Positions 36,364 through 43,503 of a DNA stretch of 64,000 nt are shown here, one piece after another. The position numbers and the translations under genes are program-made. Position 1 is the first letter of the stretch, and every line of letters begins with the position of its first letter. The stretch comes from an uncultured Gammaproteobacteria bacterium. GTDB taxonomy: Bacteria; Patescibacteriota; Microgenomatia; Daviesbacterales; UBA10151. The notes under the pieces are model-generated. The model was given only the letters and a program-made list of their open reading frames with translations, made no database searches and was not told the origin of the DNA. Location of the stretch: contig CAYQAW010000004.1 of NCBI GenBank assembly GCA_964415615.1, forward strand, positions 21,543 to 85,542, written 5' to 3'.

Positions 36364-39300
36364 AAAAAGCATACTCAATTACACTCCTTTTTCTGGTACT
36401 CTCGGCAATATTAATAATTTGCTGGTTTAGGTTTGGACTGATGTATGGTGGTGGTGATACTGGCCTACCGACATACAATCCGAAGGTCATGGCTGGTATT
36501 GCCAGTAATATTTGGTGGGATTCATTGGCACCTGGTATACCTGTAGCCCAGGGTTTAACTTCAGTCCCCATGCTTTTTCTTTTATCTATACCGCAAATTT
36601 TAGGGGCAGGTCCAGTTTTAATACAGGAATTGTTGTTTTTTAGCCTGCTTTTTTTAATGGGTTATGGCATGTATCTTTTGGCCTTAAGTATTTTTGGCAA
36701 ATCAAATTATTTGATGGCAATTGCTTCAGGAGTGTTTTATATGTTCAACCCTTATATGATGGTTCAAATTTGGCACCGGTTTATCCACAACTCAATGTTT
36801 TTTGTTTCATTTGTACCTTTTTTGGTCATGAGTTGGCTAAGGTGGATTAGAGAGCGTAAGCCTATATCATTGTTGGTTTTCCTGCTACTGAACTTTTTGG
36901 CTGTCTATATCTTTGGCACTATTGCTTTTATAGTTGGTTTTTGGCTATTCCTTTTTCTGCTGACTGTACTTGAGGGAGTAATACCATGGAAAGGGAAAAA
37001 GGCAATGATAGAGTTATCTTTGGCTTTTGTGATCGGACTAGTTTTTTGGCTTTTAACCAACAGCTGGTGGATTATTCCTACTTTCAATATCAGTCCAACT
37101 CTATTTGCTGAGCAGCATACAACCAATGATAGTTTGGCCACACTAATGGATCTTTCTGCACAAACAATCTTGCCATATACACTTCGTCTTATTAACCCTT
37201 TTTATTTATATTGGCATGCTGATTGGGGAGACATTTATCAAAATATCATTTTCTTATCAATTTCCTGGCTGTTTGTACTGGTAGTATTTATTGGTTTTTT
37301 AAAAGGTTTAAAACAGAGGCAATATGTCAAATGGAGTTTACTTTTTTTAATATTCATTATCTTAGGAAAAGGAGCAGCACCACCATTTGGTTTCCCCTAT
37401 ATTTGGGGTTTTTCCAACTTCTTTCCACTGGGGGTGATTAGGAATCCTTTTGAAAAACTGGGGATTTTACTGCCTTTAATTTATGCCATTCTTTTTGCTT
37501 ATGGCTTGAAGATCTTAATGTCTTATTTAAACAACCGTATTGGTAAAGGCAAGGCAAGCTTTATTTTGGTAGTTTTTATTATCTCAAATTTAGCTTTCTT
37601 GTGGCCTATGTTTGCTGGTAAGCTATTTGGTACTTTAGATAAACAAAACTTTGTGCAAGTACCACCAGATTATGGTTTGGCAGATAATTGGATTCGAAAA
37701 GATCTCGCTGGTACAAAAGAAGGTAGAATCTTGCACCTGCCACTCTCAAGGTCTGAAAGCATTACATATAATTGGCAGAATGGTTACAATGGAGTTGAGC
37801 CATCTGCTGCTTTATTTACCTCTCTTCCTTCTATAGCTAGGAATCTAGATATCCCCAAGGTTAGTGGTGCTATTTCTGCCCTATCTTTAATATTCCATAA
37901 ACCATATGCCAAAGACCCTGCAGTAATACTAAAGCTGTTACAGGATTTTAGTATCAAATATATTATCATACATAATGATGTAGATTGGTTAAAAAACGAA
38001 CTATCTAATCCTCGAGAGGTTGAAGAAGTTTTGGCAAAATTAGATTTCCTGGAAAAAGAAATTAGTTTTGGAAGCTTATCAATCTATAAAATAAAAGATC
38101 AATTTTTTCAGAGAGAAATAACTATTTCAGATAACTTGCAATTACTTTATAACACAGATGACAAAGTGTTTTGGCCTTGGATGGTAAGTACTCCATCAGC
38201 AGAGATGGTGAGTATATATAACGGCCAAGAGGGCAACATTTTAAATCAAGCCAATAAAATTATAGTTTTCCCAGATCGGCAAATATCAGTTAAGGATATA
38301 CAGGTGCCAAAGTTCAGGGGCAATTTAGATGACTTTGTTGCTGTTAGAGCTCTGCCAAATAACCCCTTATATTTTCTATTCCAAGCAAAAGAGTGGCTAA
38401 GCCTTATAGGTAAAAAACTTGATGAAGAGCAAAAAGATATTTTCGTTCTTGCTGAGAAAAGGTTGATTGAGATGTATAAGATTAAAAGAATGAGGGAAAT
38501 GGGAGCGATAAACCAAAAAGAAGGAAATGAAATTATTCTATCATTGATTAACAGATATCAAGACGTGTTAAACAAAATTTTCCAGTCTGAGGCTGGTTTT
38601 AATAACTTTTTGGTTGCAACTCCAAGATTTAGTACGACAGATACTTTCCTCAAGCACATTAGCCTGCTAAAGGAGCTGAGCGAGAGCACCACTGAACCAA
38701 GCGAAAAGAATATTGCTGAAGAAGCGATAGAGCTGATTAACAGAAACTTAATAAGGGCAAACTTCTTCCCTAAATACCCTCAGATATCTCAGCTAAGTGA
38801 AAATAAGTTAGATAAGAATTATGGCAGCGAGCTATATAGGTTCAACGTTCCTATAAAATCAAACTACGAAATCTTTATGACTAATCCCCAAGTTAGGAGC
38901 ATATATCCGAATGGTTTATCTCAAATTAATTTCCAAATAAACGACCATTACAAGAGTGTGCCGTTAAACGAGAAAAATGGAATGATTTATTTAGGGGAAG
39001 AGAAAATGAATGTAGATGAATATCAGACAGTGATGCCAAGATTGTCCTCTGTTAATTTGGCGCCCAGCATAAATGATTGGCAGACGTCAGGTGATGTGGT
39101 TGTTTCCGAGCAGGCAGGTACTATAGAGTTGTCGTCTGATAAGAAAAATTCTGCCTATATTGAAAGCGATATTAAACCTTTGTTTGGGCAGGATTTGTTT
39201 CTAGTTGCCTTTGATACAAAACTAGTATTAGGAAAAAGGATTAGGGTGCAGTTAACTCAGGATATAGATCCATTTGATAAACTCTTAAATAAAACAATAT

Positions 39301-39941
39301 ATCGTTATGATAATTATTTCACACCGGTCGATAAAGATGGATGGAATCAGTTTAGTGTAATGTTGGATTTACATTTTATCGCTCAAAAAGCCAAGCTAAA
39401 GATTCAGGTGGAACCTTGGGATGATTGTTTAGTGGTTTTAGCTGATAAGAAAAGTTGCGAAGATACGAAAAAAAGACAACAATATAATCGGCCTTCTAAA
39501 TTCTTGATCAAGAATATAAGTGTGGATAGAGTATTAAACAACGTCATCCTCCTTAGCAGTAATTTACCAGCAACTCCTTCTGCTGCTACTGCTGGCGATG
39601 TAGTACAGCGAAATAAACAAAATTCAAGTCTATATACGGGTAAAATAAGTATGAAACATCCAGGATTACTACTTTTTAAGCAATCGTTTAGCCCTGATTG
39701 GCAACTAAACCTTACCAAGGATAATAACATTTATCAGCCTACAGAGCATTTAATTGGGAACTTGTTCGCCAATGCTTGGTGGATAGATGAGGCAGGTGAC
39801 TATGATTTTACCTTAAGCTATCTTCCGCAAAAAAATATTCAGGCTGGTCTATTGTCTGCTGGACTGGGATGGGTTATATTAATCTTAATGTTAATGGTTA
39901 ATGAAAGGCATAAGTTGCGGAGGCTTGTAAAAATTAAGTGA
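36357..39941 (+). CDS. Giant GT-C-like membrane protein (AftD/YfhO-like) with DUF5667-like helical insert and CBM-like domain
   Basis: GGGDTG, YMFNP, IRNPFEKL, RILHLP; insert LPNNPLYFL..KE...LAEKRLIE; C-terminal GNLFANAW plus TM. Confidence 0.65.
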   Translation: MVKKAYSITLLFLVLSAILIICWFRFGLMYGGGDTGLPTYNPKVMAGIASNIWWDSLAPGIPVAQGLTSVPMLFLLSIPQILGAGPVLIQELLFFSLLFLMGYGMYLLALSIFGKSNYLMAIASGVFYMFNPYMMVQIWHRFIHNSMFFVSFVPFLVMSWLRWIRERKPISLLVFLLLNFLAVYIFGTIAFIVGFWLFLFLLTVLEGVIPWKGKKAMIELSLAFVIGLVFWLLTNSWWIIPTFNISPTLFAEQHTTNDSLATLMDLSAQTILPYTLRLINPFYLYWHADWGDIYQNIIFLSISWLFVLVVFIGFLKGLKQRQYVKWSLLFLIFIILGKGAAPPFGFPYIWGFSNFFPLGVIRNPFEKLGILLPLIYAILFAYGLKILMSYLNNRIGKGKASFILVVFIISNLAFLWPMFAGKLFGTLDKQNFVQVPPDYGLADNWIRKDLAGTKEGRILHLPLSRSESITYNWQNGYNGVEPSAALFTSLPSIARNLDIPKVSGAISALSLIFHKPYAKDPAVILKLLQDFSIKYIIIHNDVDWLKNELSNPREVEEVLAKLDFLEKEISFGSLSIYKIKDQFFQREITISDNLQLLYNTDDKVFWPWMVSTPSAEMVSIYNGQEGNILNQANKIIVFPDRQISVKDIQVPKFRGNLDDFVAVRALPNNPLYFLFQAKEWLSLIGKKLDEEQKDIFVLAEKRLIEMYKIKRMREMGAINQKEGNEIILSLINRYQDVLNKIFQSEAGFNNFLVATPRFSTTDTFLKHISLLKELSESTTEPSEKNIAEEAIELINRNLIRANFFPKYPQISQLSENKLDKNYGSELYRFNVPIKSNYEIFMTNPQVRSIYPNGLSQINFQINDHYKSVPLNEKNGMIYLGEEKMNVDEYQTVMPRLSSVNLAPSINDWQTSGDVVVSEQAGTIELSSDKKNSAYIESDIKPLFGQDLFLVAFDTKLVLGKRIRVQLTQDIDPFDKLLNKTIYRYDNYFTPVDKDGWNQFSVMLDLHFIAQKAKLKIQVEPWDDCLVVLADKKSCEDTKKRQQYNRPSKFLIKNISVDRVLNNVILLSSNLPATPSAATAGDVVQRNKQNSSLYTGKISMKHPGLLLFKQSFSPDWQLNLTKDNNIYQPTEHLIGNLFANAWWIDEAGDYDFTLSYLPQKNIQAGLLSAGLGWVILILMLMVNERHKLRRLVKIK
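36384..38057 (+). repeat. 1,674-bp direct repeat, copy 1
   Basis: Matches 40322-41995 at offset 3938. The encoded protein and three alternative-frame ORFs in the track are identical in both copies. Confidence 0.95.
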
Positions 39942-40282
39942 AAAATAATATCTACTTATTATCCAGAATTACAATATTTTTTATTGTTTTACTGGGAGTA
40001 CTTTATATTTTGGAATATGGCTTTGTTTTTGATTCACCACATAAATTATTGAATGTCTTTCTGCTGGCTGGGCTTACTACAATAATATTTTTTAATTTAC
40101 GCCTCAGACGCTATGCTTTGATTCTTGCGATTGTTTGTTTGGCGATAATGGTTTTAACCTATATTCTATATATGCCCTACATGTTTTTACCGACTGGAGA
40201 TTTTGGTTTTAGTTTACTTATTATTACAATTGTTTCATATCTCCCTAAAATTATCAAAAAAGGTTATATCGAAAGATTTTAA
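39938..40282 (+). CDS. Small hydrophobic membrane protein (about 4 TM, 114 aa)
   Basis: GTG start overlaps the upstream stop (GTGA); almost entirely hydrophobic. Confidence 0.7.
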   Translation: MKNNIYLLSRITIFFIVLLGVLYILEYGFVFDSPHKLLNVFLLAGLTTIIFFNLRLRRYALILAIVCLAIMVLTYILYMPYMFLPTGDFGFSLLIITIVSYLPKIIKKGYIERF

Positions 40283-40294
40283 TTTATATTGATA

Positions 40295-43200
40295 ATGAAA
40301 AAAACTACTATTGCCCCTTTGCTCCTTTTTCTGGTACTCTCGGCAATATTAATAATTTGCTGGTTTAGGTTTGGACTGATGTATGGTGGTGGTGATACTG
40401 GCCTACCGACATACAATCCGAAGGTCATGGCTGGTATTGCCAGTAATATTTGGTGGGATTCATTGGCACCTGGTATACCTGTAGCCCAGGGTTTAACTTC
40501 AGTCCCCATGCTTTTTCTTTTATCTATACCGCAAATTTTAGGGGCAGGTCCAGTTTTAATACAGGAATTGTTGTTTTTTAGCCTGCTTTTTTTAATGGGT
40601 TATGGCATGTATCTTTTGGCCTTAAGTATTTTTGGCAAATCAAATTATTTGATGGCAATTGCTTCAGGAGTGTTTTATATGTTCAACCCTTATATGATGG
40701 TTCAAATTTGGCACCGGTTTATCCACAACTCAATGTTTTTTGTTTCATTTGTACCTTTTTTGGTCATGAGTTGGCTAAGGTGGATTAGAGAGCGTAAGCC
40801 TATATCATTGTTGGTTTTCCTGCTACTGAACTTTTTGGCTGTCTATATCTTTGGCACTATTGCTTTTATAGTTGGTTTTTGGCTATTCCTTTTTCTGCTG
40901 ACTGTACTTGAGGGAGTAATACCATGGAAAGGGAAAAAGGCAATGATAGAGTTATCTTTGGCTTTTGTGATCGGACTAGTTTTTTGGCTTTTAACCAACA
41001 GCTGGTGGATTATTCCTACTTTCAATATCAGTCCAACTCTATTTGCTGAGCAGCATACAACCAATGATAGTTTGGCCACACTAATGGATCTTTCTGCACA
41101 AACAATCTTGCCATATACACTTCGTCTTATTAACCCTTTTTATTTATATTGGCATGCTGATTGGGGAGACATTTATCAAAATATCATTTTCTTATCAATT
41201 TCCTGGCTGTTTGTACTGGTAGTATTTATTGGTTTTTTAAAAGGTTTAAAACAGAGGCAATATGTCAAATGGAGTTTACTTTTTTTAATATTCATTATCT
41301 TAGGAAAAGGAGCAGCACCACCATTTGGTTTCCCCTATATTTGGGGTTTTTCCAACTTCTTTCCACTGGGGGTGATTAGGAATCCTTTTGAAAAACTGGG
41401 GATTTTACTGCCTTTAATTTATGCCATTCTTTTTGCTTATGGCTTGAAGATCTTAATGTCTTATTTAAACAACCGTATTGGTAAAGGCAAGGCAAGCTTT
41501 ATTTTGGTAGTTTTTATTATCTCAAATTTAGCTTTCTTGTGGCCTATGTTTGCTGGTAAGCTATTTGGTACTTTAGATAAACAAAACTTTGTGCAAGTAC
41601 CACCAGATTATGGTTTGGCAGATAATTGGATTCGAAAAGATCTCGCTGGTACAAAAGAAGGTAGAATCTTGCACCTGCCACTCTCAAGGTCTGAAAGCAT
41701 TACATATAATTGGCAGAATGGTTACAATGGAGTTGAGCCATCTGCTGCTTTATTTACCTCTCTTCCTTCTATAGCTAGGAATCTAGATATCCCCAAGGTT
41801 AGTGGTGCTATTTCTGCCCTATCTTTAATATTCCATAAACCATATGCCAAAGACCCTGCAGTAATACTAAAGCTGTTACAGGATTTTAGTATCAAATATA
41901 TTATCATACATAATGATGTAGATTGGTTAAAAAACGAACTATCTAATCCTCGAGAGGTTGAAGAAGTTTTGGCAAAATTAGATTTCCTGGAAAAAAAAGC
42001 CATCTTTGGTGATTTATCCCTATACAAGATAAAAGACAATTATTTTAAGCCTAAAATTACTATATCAGATAATATGGCATTATTGTCATTTCCTAAGTCT
42101 TCTCCAGAGGTGACATCATTTTGGCCTTGGGTTATTGTTGGGCCATCAGACTTAATTTCAATTGTTAGCTCAGAGGATAAGCAGTTTAGTATTAAAAGCC
42201 AAGAAAACTTACTTGTCCCTAGAGTAACCTTCAATAGCAGTGAAGCTTCTCCAAGTGGATTTAAGACTATTTTTGAAGTACAAAAAAAAGCTAAATATGA
42301 ACTACTAATGTCTGACGCCCAGACGAGTGACTTTTACTTAAACAACCTTTCTTCTTTAAAAGTCTCAGTAAATGGTCAAACAAATGTTTTTAATAGTAAT
42401 AAAACAGGAAGTATATTATCTTTCGGTCCAGTTGAGCTTAATCCAGGATTAAATGAGATTAATTATGGCCCGATATTATCAAAAGATTTGTTACCTGATT
42501 TTGATATATGGAATAAGATAGGAGATGTCAAAAGAATAGACCAATCTGTTTTCCAGATGAATTCTGGAGACAAAGGTTACGCTTATGTTGAAGGTAATTT
42601 AAAAGAGGGTGTGTATAGTGGAGGAGTATTAAGAGTATCTCTTGATATTTTAAATAGCTCTGAAGTATTGATGTTTATACAAATACTGCAAGATTCTGAT
42701 TTGGATGAGAAGAGTGACCATAACGGATTAAAAGGTGCTGGAGTCAGAGATATCCCAGCCATTCAATATTTCAAAGTAAATACAATGAATAATTGGCGGA
42801 GTATTAGCTTTGCTTTGCCAACTCTTCGGCAAACTACTCAAAAAGCAAGATTTCGGTTGATTATAATATCTCCTTACCAAGCTACTTTATTTCAAAGCTC
42901 AGGAGATGTATCTATTAAGAATTTTAAGGTCCAACGGCTGCTTAGTAACGCTTTGTTTCTACACAGCATAAACACTGATAATACGCCTCTTACTTCTGCT
43001 GGTGAGATGTTATTAGAGCATGAAAACAGTAGCTCTCAGTACACAGGAAAAATAAAATTAAGTAGGCCAGCCTGGTTGATATTTAAAGAGACATTTCATC
43101 CTGACTGGGAACTGAAGATTTCAGATAGCCAAGGTGAAGATATTCCAGAAAGTCATTATTTGGCTGGTTCGTTTGCGAACGCTTGGTATGTAGATAAAGC

Positions 43201-43339
43201 AGGTGAGTATAATTTTAAAATCAGCTTTAAACCACAAGACAATCTTAATATTGGATTATTTACATTAGGTTTTTCTATAATTGTGTTGCTGGGTTATATG
43301 TTTTGGACTGGAGTATATAATCTTAACAAAAAGAGATGA
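40295..43339 (+). CDS. Giant GT-C-like membrane protein, paralog with identical N-terminal block and different C-terminal module
   Basis: Residues 10-567 identical to 36357..39941; C-terminus diverged and lacks the DUF5667-like insert; AGSFANAW plus TM. ATG 40295 (track uses TTG 40289). Confidence 0.65.
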   Translation: MKKTTIAPLLLFLVLSAILIICWFRFGLMYGGGDTGLPTYNPKVMAGIASNIWWDSLAPGIPVAQGLTSVPMLFLLSIPQILGAGPVLIQELLFFSLLFLMGYGMYLLALSIFGKSNYLMAIASGVFYMFNPYMMVQIWHRFIHNSMFFVSFVPFLVMSWLRWIRERKPISLLVFLLLNFLAVYIFGTIAFIVGFWLFLFLLTVLEGVIPWKGKKAMIELSLAFVIGLVFWLLTNSWWIIPTFNISPTLFAEQHTTNDSLATLMDLSAQTILPYTLRLINPFYLYWHADWGDIYQNIIFLSISWLFVLVVFIGFLKGLKQRQYVKWSLLFLIFIILGKGAAPPFGFPYIWGFSNFFPLGVIRNPFEKLGILLPLIYAILFAYGLKILMSYLNNRIGKGKASFILVVFIISNLAFLWPMFAGKLFGTLDKQNFVQVPPDYGLADNWIRKDLAGTKEGRILHLPLSRSESITYNWQNGYNGVEPSAALFTSLPSIARNLDIPKVSGAISALSLIFHKPYAKDPAVILKLLQDFSIKYIIIHNDVDWLKNELSNPREVEEVLAKLDFLEKKAIFGDLSLYKIKDNYFKPKITISDNMALLSFPKSSPEVTSFWPWVIVGPSDLISIVSSEDKQFSIKSQENLLVPRVTFNSSEASPSGFKTIFEVQKKAKYELLMSDAQTSDFYLNNLSSLKVSVNGQTNVFNSNKTGSILSFGPVELNPGLNEINYGPILSKDLLPDFDIWNKIGDVKRIDQSVFQMNSGDKGYAYVEGNLKEGVYSGGVLRVSLDILNSSEVLMFIQILQDSDLDEKSDHNGLKGAGVRDIPAIQYFKVNTMNNWRSISFALPTLRQTTQKARFRLIIISPYQATLFQSSGDVSIKNFKVQRLLSNALFLHSINTDNTPLTSAGEMLLEHENSSSQYTGKIKLSRPAWLIFKETFHPDWELKISDSQGEDIPESHYLAGSFANAWYVDKAGEYNFKISFKPQDNLNIGLFTLGFSIIVLLGYMFWTGVYNLNKKR
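40322..41995 (+). repeat. 1,674-bp direct repeat, copy 2
   Basis: Runs from CTCCTTTTTCTGGTACTC to GATTTCCTGGAAAAA, matching 36384-38057. Confidence 0.95.
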
Positions 43340-43503
43340 TTATTCTTTTAGCGAGTGAAATTGGATTTATAATAAGCGGTTTAATGATTCTACTGGGTCA
43401 TACTGGTTTAGCAGATAAGAGTTTAATAGGAGTATTCTTTATTACTTTATTTGGTGTGATGGTTTATAGTTTTAAACTTTTTAAAAATGATCAAAAACAG
43501 TAA
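43336..43503 (+). CDS. Small membrane protein, 55 aa, 2 TM (not in ORF track)
   Basis: ATGA overlap with the upstream stop; MIILLASEIGFIISGLMILLGHTGLADKSLIGVFFITLFGVMVYSFKLFKNDQKQ; fills the gap and overlaps the next start. Confidence 0.65.
   Translation: MIILLASEIGFIISGLMILLGHTGLADKSLIGVFFITLFGVMVYSFKLFKNDQKQ

Noticed and set aside
36384-41995. Long repeat as a diversity-generating retroelement TR/VR pair, an IS or composite-transposon ends
   Set aside because: The copies show no adenine-specific mismatches, are far longer than a TR/VR, lie wholly inside membrane-protein CDSs, and no reverse transcriptase, transposase or terminal inverted repeats were seen.
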